From Candidatus Saccharimonadota bacterium (GTDB taxonomy: Bacteria > Patescibacteriota > Patescibacteriia > 2-12-FULL-60-25), in assembly GCA_963718585.1 (NCBI GenBank), contig OY970357.1, positions 270,001-302,000 of the forward strand: a stretch of DNA of 32,000 bases. Direction: 5' to 3'. Position numbers and translations under genes: made by a program. This document shows, piece after piece, positions 17,015 through 25,342 of this stretch. Position 1 is the stretch's first letter. Every line of letters begins with the position of its first letter. Below the pieces are notes generated by a model. It was not told where the DNA came from and did no database searches. It was given only the letters and a program-made list of their open reading frames with translations.

Positions 17015-17050
17015 TACAACACCCACCGCAAGGCGGGTGTTGTATTTGGT
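17009..17050 (+). terminator. second terminator hairpin, starting in the duplicated ACCA
   Basis: 16-bp stem ACCAAATACAACACCC / GGGTGTTGTATTTGGT plus a 2-bp tip capped by a GCAA loop. Confidence 0.55.
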
Positions 17051-17137
17051 ATGACGAAGAGTTAGCGCGAGGTTTTTCATGCTCCGACCCTTGTTCGGAA
17101 CCGTGTTTTCTGCTAGGGTCGCTTTTGGAGGAGTGCC

Positions 17138-17629
17138 ATGGAAGAAATAGCCTCACGCCCTTTCGACAAGACCCGTCTCCGTCATCGTTTCATCGAAGCG
17201 CCAGACGCGCATACGCTCTCGGTCATACATGAGCTAGATGATCTCATTCATCAGCTCGACGCGAGCGCCCCACCGCTCGATGCTCACTTCTTGATGGCGA
17301 TCACGAAATGTTCGCGCTTGCTCATCCTCGAGTACGACGAAGGTCCCGAGGCTGGTGTTGGCCGCCTCATCGGCATGGCCACGCTTGTCCCGAGTTTCGC
17401 GCCCTTGCACATGAAAGGTCACATCGAAGATGTGATCGTCCATGAAGAATTTCGCGGCTTCGGCCTCGGTCGTCTGTTGATCGAGTACGTGATGGAGGAG
17501 GCCACGCGCCTTGAATTGGAGTTCCTCGAACTTACAAGTCGCTCGTCGCGAACCGATGCGAATGAGATGTATCTCAAGCTCGGGTTCGAGCTTCGTGAGA
17601 CCAATTGTTACGTCTTGAAACGCGCCTGA
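17138..17629 (+). CDS. GNAT-family N-acetyltransferase
   Basis: SD GGAGGAG upstream. Motif A region IEDVIVHEEFRGFGLGRLLIEYVMEEA (R/QxxGxG/A), and C-terminal YLKLGF. Confidence 0.8.
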   Translation: MEEIASRPFDKTRLRHRFIEAPDAHTLSVIHELDDLIHQLDASAPPLDAHFLMAITKCSRLLILEYDEGPEAGVGRLIGMATLVPSFAPLHMKGHIEDVIVHEEFRGFGLGRLLIEYVMEEATRLELEFLELTSRSSRTDANEMYLKLGFELRETNCYVLKRA

Positions 17630-17634
17630 CCCGT

Positions 17635-17664
17635 CCCGCCCTTCGTGAAGAGCGGGTTTTTTTT
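17635..17664 (+). terminator. rho-independent terminator after the GNAT gene
   Basis: 9-bp stem with one mismatch, CCCGCCCTT / AAGAGCGGG, loop CGTG, followed by T8 (17657-17664). Confidence 0.65.
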
Positions 17665-17919
17665 GTAAAAAAATCCCCCCGTCCGCACGTGGTCAGAAAC
17701 GGGGGGTCAGACCAGGTGGAAGAATCGATAGAGTTCTTTTGGTACGGATTCTTCCGGAACCCAGTACAGTCGGTACGGCGATACGATTGTCGACAGAGCG
17801 TCGACGGGTTCTGCCGGATCAGGATAGGCGTCCTTTGACGCCCGGTCATGGTGTACCGGACCGCAGGGGAGGGGTCAAACAGACTCGCCCGTTCTCGATC
17901 GTCCATGTATCATGTGACC

Positions 17920-18303
17920 ATGATCAAGCATCAGCTCGAACCCATCCGGATCAAGCACCATCACGCGGCAGGGATCTTTTTCCTGGCGGCGTTGGCCATC
18001 GCCGTATCGACGGCCTATGGTTTCGGTCTGTTCTCCACCCCGAAGGCGTCTCAGGCGGCTTCTGGCTCGTCAGATGCTGCAGTTCCGCTTGGTGTCTTCA
18101 CGGGCCAACCGCAAAGCGAAGCGGACCTTGCGCGGTGTGCGGTCATTGGCACGGGGAAGAAGGCGAATTCCTATTATTACCTCGCGTCCGAGATCGATCC
18201 GAACAAACTCTCCTGGCATGAACGATATTGTTTTGCGACGACGCAGGATGCGGAATCAAATGGGTTTCATTACGTCAAAGCGCCGTCGTACACGACGCGG
18301 TGA
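17920..18303 (+). CDS. small secreted/membrane-anchored hypothetical protein
   Basis: Trimmed to ATG 17920 (MIKHQLEPIRIKHHHAAGIFFLAALAIAVSTAYG...). TATCAT at 17908-17913 lies 6 nt upstream. Its stop abuts the mgtA stop. Confidence 0.5.
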   Translation: MIKHQLEPIRIKHHHAAGIFFLAALAIAVSTAYGFGLFSTPKASQAASGSSDAAVPLGVFTGQPQSEADLARCAVIGTGKKANSYYYLASEIDPNKLSWHERYCFATTQDAESNGFHYVKAPSYTTR

Positions 18304-20880
18304 TCACGCGGTCATAGAGCGTCCGGGTGTCCGATAGTGCTCATAGAGTTTGCGACCCATCACGGTCAGCGTGGCATATCCGATCACGATCAAGAGGATC
18401 CAAGGGATGATCCTCCCGGTCAGCGGTACGAACGAGAATGCATCACCCAACGCGGTCTGTGTCAGGGCGAACGTGAGGGCGACGACCGCGGCGCTGGATG
18501 TCACGAGCGGCCACGCCGGGAGATCGCGGAAGTTCAAGATGGTGCTCCGGAAGACGAAGATGATCAGGATCTCGGTCAGCATAGATTCGACGAACCAGCC
18601 GGAACGGAAGAGAGCGGTCCCGGCATGGGCGACGAAGATGAGCAGGGCGAAGGTCGCATAATCCGCCAGGCTTGAGATCGACCCGAAGAAGTACATGAAG
18701 TTCGAGATCTGACCCACGTCCCATTTTTTTGGTTTTGCGAGATCCGCGTCGGCGACATGATCCGCGGAGAGGCTGAGCATCGGGAGGTCGGAGAGGAGGT
18801 TGAGAAGCAGGATCTGCGCCGGAAGCAGGGGAATGAAGGGGAGGAGCAATGCCGCGCCGGTGATCGTCAGCATGTTCCCAAAGTTGGAACTGATCGTCGC
18901 AAAGACATAGGTCCGCGTATTCACAAAGGTCCGTCGCCCTTCACGGATCCCGTCGGCGAGGACGGATAGTTTTTTTTGAAGGAGGATGACGTCGGCGGCT
19001 TCCTTTGCGACATCCACCGCATCCTCGAACGAGATCCCGACATCAGCGGCGCGGAGCGCGGGGGCGTCATTCACCCCATCACCCATGTATCCGACCGTGT
19101 GGTCCGCCGCCTTGAAGGCGTTGATGATGCGGAGTTTATGCGCGGGCGTGATGCGCGCAAAGATGTTCGTCGTCTCGGTCGCTTCGGTGAGCTGGGCATC
19201 GTCCATGTGCTCTACATCATCGCCTGTCAGGATGCCAGTGACCGCGAATCCCAGTTGTTCCGCGACATGACGCGTGACCCGTTCCGTATCTCCGGTCAGG
19301 ATCACGATCCGAGTATTCAATGTTTGCAGCTCGATGAGTGCATCTTTTGCGGTCTGTTTCGGGGCGTCGCTCACGAGGACGAATCCGAGCAGTTCCAGTC
19401 CTGCTTCATCCGCCGGGGAATAGGCCGATTGGATCCCGATCGCGCGTCGCGCTACGGCGATGACTCGATATCCCTGGTCGCCGAAGGCGTCGGCACGGGC
19501 GACGGCCTCGCGGCGTTCGGCATCAGAAAAGGGTCGGTGATCCTTTCCAGCGGCACGGTGCGTGCATTGAGCGACGACCTCTGCGGCGGCACCTTTCACG
19601 ATCAACGTCCGCGCATCCCCATGCTGTGGTCCGACGACACAGCTCATGCGCCGTCGTTTGAAATCAAAGGAGATGATCTCCCGTTGGACCGTATCCGCAA
19701 GCGGGGAGACGTGATGGCCTTCATCCGCCGCGTCTCCGATGGCCTGGTCGACCGGATTGGTCGCCTGTCCATCCGGGGTCTGTTCGATACAGTGCGTCGC
19801 GTATGAGAGCGGTAACGTATTTGGCCGCCCATCGACATCCACGCTGTCTCGGACGCGGAGCTTCCCGACCGTCAGTGTTCCGGTCTTGTCCGTACAAAAG
19901 ACGTCCGCATTACCGAGGTCCTCGATGGCGATGAGTCGCTTTACGAGCACTTTTTTTCGGCTCATGGCGATCGCGCCACGGGAGAGGTTGATGGTGACGA
20001 TGAGCGGGAGAAGTTCGGGGGAGATCCCGACGGCGAGGGCGAGGGCGAAGAGAGCGGATTCGAGCCATTGGCCGCGAAGGAGTCCGAGGATGACCGCGAT
20101 GATGAGTGCGAGTCCGATCGTGATCTTCAGGAGGAACGTCCCGAATCGGCGCAGCCCGCGTTGAAAATCCGTTTCTTCCGCTTTGACCGCGAGGAGAGAG
20201 GCGGTCTGTCCCATCTCGGTCTGCATGCCGGTCCGAATGACGATGCCGTGGCCGCCTCCTTGGACCACATGCGTGCCCATGAAGGCGATGTTCGTCTGTT
20301 CCTGCGGGAGAAGCTGCGTCGCGGGGATCGAAGCCATGTCCTTCGGGACCGGTTCGGATTCTCCGGTCAGCGCAGACTCGTCGATCTCGAGATCTTCGAT
20401 GTCTGTGAGTCGCAGGTCCGCCGGAACGACCGTTCCGATGTTCAGCACGACGAGATCGCCGGGCACGAGGTCGCGTGCGTCGATCCGATGGGTCGTCCCA
20501 TCTCGGACGACCGTGGCTTTGCGAGAGAGTTTTTTGCGGAGTTGGCGCAGGGCGCGTTCACTCCGGTATTCCTGCACGAACGCGAGACTCCCGCCAAGGA
20601 GGACCATGAGCAGGATGATCACGGTCTCGGTCTGCTCACCGAGCGCGAAAGAGATGAGGCTTGCGCCGATCAGCAGCATCACGAGTGGACTCGTGAACTG
20701 GCGCAAAAAGATGAGACTCGCCGGAGTCGGACGTTCCTGTTGGATCTCGTTCGGTCCCTGTATCCGAAGCCGATGTCGAGCATCGACGTGAACGAGACCT
20801 CGATGGGCATCGGTCTTGAGGTCTTTGACGAGGGCGTCTGCTTCCAGATGCCAAAAAGACTCGCGCGGCGTTTGAGCCAT
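18304..20880 (-). CDS. mgtA: P-type ATPase, Mg2+-importing (MgtA/P3B-like)
   Basis: TGES actuator, phosphorylation site CTDKTGTLT, hinge GDGVNDAPALRAADVGISF. The following AKEAADVILLQKKLSVL..GRRTF..SSNFGNM..LLPAQILLLNLL region resembles MgtA. First ATG at 20880; the track start at 20895 is GTG. Confidence 0.8.
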   Translation of the reverse strand: MAQTPRESFWHLEADALVKDLKTDAHRGLVHVDARHRLRIQGPNEIQQERPTPASLIFLRQFTSPLVMLLIGASLISFALGEQTETVIILLMVLLGGSLAFVQEYRSERALRQLRKKLSRKATVVRDGTTHRIDARDLVPGDLVVLNIGTVVPADLRLTDIEDLEIDESALTGESEPVPKDMASIPATQLLPQEQTNIAFMGTHVVQGGGHGIVIRTGMQTEMGQTASLLAVKAEETDFQRGLRRFGTFLLKITIGLALIIAVILGLLRGQWLESALFALALAVGISPELLPLIVTINLSRGAIAMSRKKVLVKRLIAIEDLGNADVFCTDKTGTLTVGKLRVRDSVDVDGRPNTLPLSYATHCIEQTPDGQATNPVDQAIGDAADEGHHVSPLADTVQREIISFDFKRRRMSCVVGPQHGDARTLIVKGAAAEVVAQCTHRAAGKDHRPFSDAERREAVARADAFGDQGYRVIAVARRAIGIQSAYSPADEAGLELLGFVLVSDAPKQTAKDALIELQTLNTRIVILTGDTERVTRHVAEQLGFAVTGILTGDDVEHMDDAQLTEATETTNIFARITPAHKLRIINAFKAADHTVGYMGDGVNDAPALRAADVGISFEDAVDVAKEAADVILLQKKLSVLADGIREGRRTFVNTRTYVFATISSNFGNMLTITGAALLLPFIPLLPAQILLLNLLSDLPMLSLSADHVADADLAKPKKWDVGQISNFMYFFGSISSLADYATFALLIFVAHAGTALFRSGWFVESMLTEILIIFVFRSTILNFRDLPAWPLVTSSAAVVALTFALTQTALGDAFSFVPLTGRIIPWILLIVIGYATLTVMGRKLYEHYRTPGRSMTA

Positions 20881-20932
20881 GCGGTCATTGTACACTGTTT
20901 AGGCAAAACGCAGGTCGCGAAGGGATGGTGCG

Positions 20933-22399
20933 CTAGTACATGCCGGGCGGCGGTGTCGTGCCGACCCCGGTCATGGGTCCTCCCATGGGAACGGTCTCGC
21001 CCTTGAGCGGGATCGGTCGGGGCGGAACGGCTTGATCTTGCGAGAAGGCAGCGTCATCCACTAGCGGGACGACCGTCCGATAATCTTCTTTACCGGTCCC
21101 TCGATCGACGGTGCCGATGGCAAGTAGGGCAGGGATCTCGTAGGTGTGTGTCATTCCATTGGTCCAGGACTGATATCGGAGATAGACCAGGGAGATCTGT
21201 GTGTATGAGACGTGGATCGTCTTTGCCGAGCCGTATGGCCAGACAGGATCCTGACCTCCAGCCTGTAAGCGTTTTTTGGCCACATCTGTGCTGATGAGGG
21301 GGTAAGCTGACCGGTCGACCTGCCCATTGAGTTGGATATTGGCGCCGGTGATGGTCTTGTCTTTGAGTTCGACGTTCACGATCGCGGATCGAGAGGGCTG
21401 TCCGCCGAGGTCCACAACGGCCCGACCATCACGACTAGATGGATATTCCACGGTCGCTTGCTGTGACCACCAGCCGCAGGGGGCGATGTCCGGTGCGACG
21501 GACGGGGATTCTACCGCGTCTCCGCTCACGACATCGGCGGATGGCTGCATCATCATGGGTTCGGCTCCTGCGGCATCAGTGGCTTGCACGGGCGCTCCCG
21601 GCGCCGGAGCAGGGGCTGTTTCATTCATCGGGCAGGGCATGGCGGCACCCGGTGTGCCCTTGAGGAGCCAGTCCTGATTTTGGAGGACCCCACCTTGGGT
21701 AGCGATCGCATTGAACCCCTTTGCATTGAGGAACGCGTCGGCGCTCGCGATCAGTTCTTTGGGATCCGGGTAGGTCCGCAGAGGAGATGTGTCCTGTTGC
21801 TGAAGCTGTTTCCAGACGTTCAATGCGCCATTCGAGGCGTCGAACGTCCAGGTCATGTCTTGCGTATCCTGCCATTGAAGGGAGAACGACGTATACGTCG
21901 CATTCGGTCCTGCGGCTTGCGAGGGGATCCCCGTGTCCTGTAAGACCGAAGAAACGGTCGATGCATTAGGGGCTTTCTGCGAGATCGAGAGAACGTTTCC
22001 TTGCGCATCCCAGCTGGGAAGATCCGTGTCGATCGTGTATTCAACGGACGCTTGATCCGGATATGGCGCGGGGATGGGGCGTGCGATGATGCCGGGCGAC
22101 GTGACGCCGACGCCGGCGGATACGGCCCCGGAACTGACATTTGCGGTCGCGGCCTCGTCCTGCAGCATGGGCATGCCTGAGACCGTCGGCGCAGACGGGA
22201 GGTTCTGTGCGACCGCTGGTTCTGCCACCTGACCCGCCTGCGGAAGCGGTGGGAGTTTCCCGAATGCTTGCGGGGAAGCGGCGGACGGTCCTGGGCCGGG
22301 TCCGGGTGTTGGCGCGGGGAAGGGGAGGGTGCAGCCAGCACCAAAAAGGGCCAGTATGGCGAATGCGACGAGACGTTTCATATGAGATGTTTGTACCAT
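20933..22399 (-). CDS. secreted hypothetical protein, lipoprotein-like signal (..ALFGAGC)
   Basis: MKRLVAFAILALFGAGC signal followed by a Pro/Gly/Ala-rich linker. 488 aa, no recognisable catalytic motif. Start at 22399 (AGGA 5 nt upstream) or 22381. Confidence 0.6.
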   Translation of the reverse strand: MVQTSHMKRLVAFAILALFGAGCTLPFPAPTPGPGPGPSAASPQAFGKLPPLPQAGQVAEPAVAQNLPSAPTVSGMPMLQDEAATANVSSGAVSAGVGVTSPGIIARPIPAPYPDQASVEYTIDTDLPSWDAQGNVLSISQKAPNASTVSSVLQDTGIPSQAAGPNATYTSFSLQWQDTQDMTWTFDASNGALNVWKQLQQQDTSPLRTYPDPKELIASADAFLNAKGFNAIATQGGVLQNQDWLLKGTPGAAMPCPMNETAPAPAPGAPVQATDAAGAEPMMMQPSADVVSGDAVESPSVAPDIAPCGWWSQQATVEYPSSRDGRAVVDLGGQPSRSAIVNVELKDKTITGANIQLNGQVDRSAYPLISTDVAKKRLQAGGQDPVWPYGSAKTIHVSYTQISLVYLRYQSWTNGMTHTYEIPALLAIGTVDRGTGKEDYRTVVPLVDDAAFSQDQAVPPRPIPLKGETVPMGGPMTGVGTTPPPGMY

Positions 22400-22427
22400 T
22401 TTCGTCCTGACCTGTCTCGCGGAATGC

Positions 22428-23795
22428 TCAGACGATCAATGGCAATTTTTCGAGCTCGATCTCCTCACCGGTCATGATACTTTCGATGCGATAGGAACCA
22501 TGTGTCGGTGCTTCGATGTATCCGTCCCATGCCATGCGTGCGAGACCGCCGCTCTCGATCCAGTCGAAGAGCCATTCATTCGTATACCGTGGATCGCCTT
22601 GGGTCACACCACCTCCGACCGAGCCGAGCCAGAGCCGGTTGAACTGCTCTTGCGAACCGATGGAAGGTGCCATGATGATGGGGATCCCTGCGCCGGTATA
22701 AAAGGAGAGCTCGCTCGGTTTGGTCCAGAGGATGTCCGTCTTGCGAAGGATCCGGCTGAAGGAAAGGAAGTAGGAGCGTCGATCTTCGAAGTAGTCGATG
22801 AACAGATTCTTCCCGAGGTGTTTTTTGAGCCGGAGTTCACCGATCTTCTTTTGGAAGAATTCCAAGAGATGTTTTTTTGTCCCGGCGACGAGTCGGAGAG
22901 CGATCTCGTTCTTTCGGATCCGACCGCGGAGACTGGTGAGGATCGTCGCGCCCAATGCGCTTTGCGCTCCGGCCCCGCCGATCGCGAAAGTGACGGTCAG
23001 GGGGTGATTGGGACGGAGCGGGCAGGTTCCGGTGCCGAGATCCGCTTCCAGCGTCCGGTAATACTTATTCGTGAAGATCCCGTTCGGGTCGAGGTTGCAG
23101 AGCCGAGCGACAAGGTCTTTTTTCACGGTCACGCCGCTTGCGCCTCCGATGAGTTCCTGGGGGAGGGGAAAACCGGTGAGGTAGATGTTCTCGGCTTTGA
23201 CACCGTAGAGCTTCAATCGTTCGACGACGCGTCCGTTCGGTGCGAAGTATTTGATGCGGCTGCGTTTCGGATCCTTCGGCACCCAGGCCCGGCTCATGTC
23301 CGCATCGCAGACCACGAGATAGATGTCACCCGGATAATCGAAATATTCCGCTGCGAAAGCGGGGATGAAGAACGTGCAGATCAACGGAAGCGGCTTTTTC
23401 GATAATTTCTGGATCAAATGTTCGCACAGTCCGAGCTTTTCGATGAAATAGTAGGTCTGATGGATCTGAAGACTCGGACGCGAGAGGTCGCGCCGCGGGT
23501 AGAACGGCGGGATGCGCTGCATGGCGTCGAGGACCTCGAACATCGCATCTCCGATCACCGGGATGGGTTTGAGACGGGAGATGGTCTCATAGATCTTCCG
23601 GCTGTCTGCCCAGAGCTTCTTATCCTTTTGAGGGATGCCGCGGTATGCGTTGGCCGTGATGATGTCGCCATATGCGAGCTCGCGCAGACCATAGGCGGCG
23701 CGCTCATGTCCGTATCCCATGTTCACGGACACGATGTAGGCGTTCTTATGATGATGACGTTCGGTCGTCGGCGTCTTCCCTTTTTTTGCGGGCAT
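22428..23795 (-). CDS. putative GT-B glycosyltransferase, MGDG-synthase/UgtP-like (GT28-like)
   Basis: N-terminal VNMGYGHERAA (GxGH-type motif) and C-terminal ILWTKPSELSFYTGAGIPIIMAPSIGSQEQFN resemble the MGDG synthase pattern KPGG..E...G.P......PGQE..N. The assignment is from memory only. Confidence 0.45.
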   Translation of the reverse strand: MPAKKGKTPTTERHHHKNAYIVSVNMGYGHERAAYGLRELAYGDIITANAYRGIPQKDKKLWADSRKIYETISRLKPIPVIGDAMFEVLDAMQRIPPFYPRRDLSRPSLQIHQTYYFIEKLGLCEHLIQKLSKKPLPLICTFFIPAFAAEYFDYPGDIYLVVCDADMSRAWVPKDPKRSRIKYFAPNGRVVERLKLYGVKAENIYLTGFPLPQELIGGASGVTVKKDLVARLCNLDPNGIFTNKYYRTLEADLGTGTCPLRPNHPLTVTFAIGGAGAQSALGATILTSLRGRIRKNEIALRLVAGTKKHLLEFFQKKIGELRLKKHLGKNLFIDYFEDRRSYFLSFSRILRKTDILWTKPSELSFYTGAGIPIIMAPSIGSQEQFNRLWLGSVGGGVTQGDPRYTNEWLFDWIESGGLARMAWDGYIEAPTHGSYRIESIMTGEEIELEKLPLIV

Positions 23796-23837
23796 ATCGA
23801 AGACAGGATATCACGCCGACCCTCTGGCGACGAACTG

Positions 23838-24419
23838 TCACGCGTCCTGACGTATCACACGCTCGATCTGTTCGAGGAGGAGGCCACGGCCTTCGCCCGT
23901 GACCGCGGAGTGGGGGATGATGACAGCGTGAAATTCCGCCTCGATCGCCTGAAGCGCGGCATACGCCTCGGTCTTGGAAAGCTTGTCGATCTTATTCGCG
24001 GCGATGACGGTGGGGATCTTGAGACCAGTGAGAAGGTCAAGCATCTCTCGATCAAGCTCGGTGACGCCGACGCGCGCGTCAACGATGACGACGACGAGGC
24101 GGAGCGCATCGGCACTTACGAGAAATTCGTGTATGAGCTGATGGAGCCGCTGACGCTGGCTCTTGCCGACCTTTGCGTATCCATATCCGGGCAGGTCCAC
24201 AAAATAGAATCGGTCGTTGATGAGGAAAAGGTTGATGTGCTGGGTCCGTCCCGGCGTATTGCTGACACGCGAAAGATCCTTGCGTTGGGTCATGGAATTG
24301 ATCAGCGAGGATTTTCCTGCGTTCGAGCGTCCGACAAAAGCGACCATCGGTCGTTCATCATGCGGAAGGGCGTCGGCGCTGGGGCAGCTTTTGACGAATG
24401 CGGCGGAGGTGATCTTCAT
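23838..24419 (-). CDS. engB: ribosome-biogenesis GTPase EngB/YsxC
   Basis: G1 GRSNAGKSSLIN, G3 DLPGYGYAK, G4 NKIDK. 193 aa. Confidence 0.9.
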   Translation of the reverse strand: MKITSAAFVKSCPSADALPHDERPMVAFVGRSNAGKSSLINSMTQRKDLSRVSNTPGRTQHINLFLINDRFYFVDLPGYGYAKVGKSQRQRLHQLIHEFLVSADALRLVVVIVDARVGVTELDREMLDLLTGLKIPTVIAANKIDKLSKTEAYAALQAIEAEFHAVIIPHSAVTGEGRGLLLEQIERVIRQDA

Positions 24420-24420
24420 A

Positions 24421-24645
24421 TCAGAATTCTGAACAGTTAAAGATGATGCGGTAGATGCATTGCGGACTCCGGCAAACGACCTTGCACTTTTCCTGAACGA
24501 GCGTCGAACCGCACACCGGACAGACAGTGGCGATATCGAACGCGGATCCGGACGGACATTCCATGGGGAAGAGTGTAGCGGATGGGACCGACGCGGGATA
24601 GGCGGGAAAAAAATCCCCGCCAGCGTATGACGGGGAAGGTCTCAT
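24421..24645 (-). CDS. small zinc-ribbon protein, hypothetical
   Basis: CPVCGSTLVQEKCKVVCRSPQC (CxxC...CxxxxC). The stop is 1 nt before the engB ATG. ATG 24645 forms an ATGA overlap with the upstream small ORF; ATG 24564 is an alternative start. Confidence 0.45.
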   Translation of the reverse strand: MRPSPSYAGGDFFPAYPASVPSATLFPMECPSGSAFDIATVCPVCGSTLVQEKCKVVCRSPQCIYRIIFNCSEF

Positions 24646-24848
24646 TCGCGGTTTTGCCGCGTCTTGTAGTGGAGGTCCATCGGCGGGTATTCGCCATCGG
24701 CGACGGGGAACTCGGAGTCAGAGACCGGCGGGGGCGCGGGGAGGGTCTCGGCGGAGCGGTGGTCGGCGCACGCCTTGATGTGATCTTGGATCTTTGTGGC
24801 GATCTGTACCTTGCAGATGGGGCAAATGCCCTCGGTCAATGTACTCAT
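24642..24848 (-). CDS. small CxxC/His-Cys protein, hypothetical
   Basis: Trimmed to ATG 24848, preceded by GGAGG. MSTLTEGICPICKVQIATKIQDHIKACADH... (C-x2-C-x11-H-x3-C) with an acidic/Pro-rich tail. 68 aa. Confidence 0.5.
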   Translation of the reverse strand: MSTLTEGICPICKVQIATKIQDHIKACADHRSAETLPAPPPVSDSEFPVADGEYPPMDLHYKTRQNRE

Positions 24849-24966
24849 GGAACCTCCGGAAAGGGCGATGCGCCGACTGTATGATGGGTCATCCTGTCCG
24901 TCAAGACGGCTGATGTCTTGAACTTTCGGGTCAGGGGTGATACATTCTGCCCACATTTTTAGACCG

Positions 24967-25077
24967 AGGGGGCCACCGCCACTCGCGAGCGGCGGGACAG
25001 GCGTCGGTCAGTGAAAGTACAACGGTCTCCAACCCCGCCTCTCGCGAGAGGCGGGGCGATTCCTTCCGCCCTCCACC
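24967..25077 (+). pseudogene. degenerate tRNA-Trp-like pseudogene interrupted by two CTCGCGAG-centred palindromes
   Basis: AGGGGGC (5' acceptor-like), then AGTACAACGGTCTCCAA at 25016-25032, identical to 25362-25378 of tRNA-Trp (D-stem 3' side through the anticodon CCA). It ends in CGATTCCTTCCGCCCTCCACC, resembling the tRNA-Trp T-loop-to-3' end. The anticodon-stem 3' side and T-stem 5' side are replaced by a 24-nt palindrome, so no cloverleaf is possible. Confidence 0.55.
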
Positions 25078-25086
25078 CTTCATGAT

Positions 25087-25338
25087 ATGTTCTGTGTCTA
25101 TCTTCTTCGATCGTTAAAGGATCGAGGATTCTACATCGGATTCACGACACGTGAGCCGAGGGATCGATTTGTAGAGCACCAAGACGGTCTCGTTGATTCG
25201 ACAAAGGATCGACGGCCCGTAGAACTGATCTACTTCGAAGCGTATGCTGATGAAGGGTTGGCCCGACAACGAGAAAGACATTTGAAAGATTTTGGATCCT
25301 CATATGTCGGGTTGCTCAAAAGATTGGGTCTTAAATAG
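25087..25338 (+). CDS. small stand-alone GIY-YIG nuclease-superfamily protein (YhbQ/COG2827-like)
   Basis: 83 aa: CVYLLRS..GFYIGFT (GIY...YIG-type strands), RFVEH, conserved Arg/Glu (PVELIYFEAY...ARQRERHLK). Ends 4 nt before tRNA-Trp. Confidence 0.8.
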   Translation: MFCVYLLRSLKDRGFYIGFTTREPRDRFVEHQDGLVDSTKDRRPVELIYFEAYADEGLARQRERHLKDFGSSYVGLLKRLGLK

Positions 25339-25342
25339 ACAA

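Noticed and set aside
16784-17080. Track ORFs 16842-17054 (+, 70 aa) and 16784-17080 (-, 98 aa) lying over the tRNA-Glu tail, the module and both terminators
   Set aside because: They run through a tRNA, two long hairpins and the duplicated tRNA tail. The equivalent region at tRNA-Trp is read in a different frame with unrelated amino acids, so the conservation is at nucleotide or structure level, not protein level.
16862-17137. Retron msr/msd, tmRNA, or LTR-style primer-binding-site interpretation of the module with a tRNA-identical tail
   Set aside because: There is no reverse transcriptase or any ORF adjacent (the next gene is a GNAT with its own SD). The module is too short and lacks a tag ORF for tmRNA. 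The PBS idea would need a retroelement, which is absent from the window. These are kept only as remote hypotheses.
20881-20932. Mg2+ riboswitch (M-box) or mgtL-type leader upstream of mgtA
   Set aside because: Only about 50 nt separate mgtA from the upstream lipoprotein-like gene, which is too short for an M-box. mgtA appears to be co-transcribed with the upstream genes.
18337-21006. Many long antisense or off-frame ORFs inside mgtA (for example 18976-19806 and 20068-21006), and likewise inside the glycosyltransferase and engB genes (22500-23405, 23418-24440)
   Set aside because: The opposite strand carries unmistakable P-type ATPase, GTPase and GT motifs. The shadow ORFs are Arg/Asp/Gly-rich with no motifs, as expected in DNA of about 60% GC.
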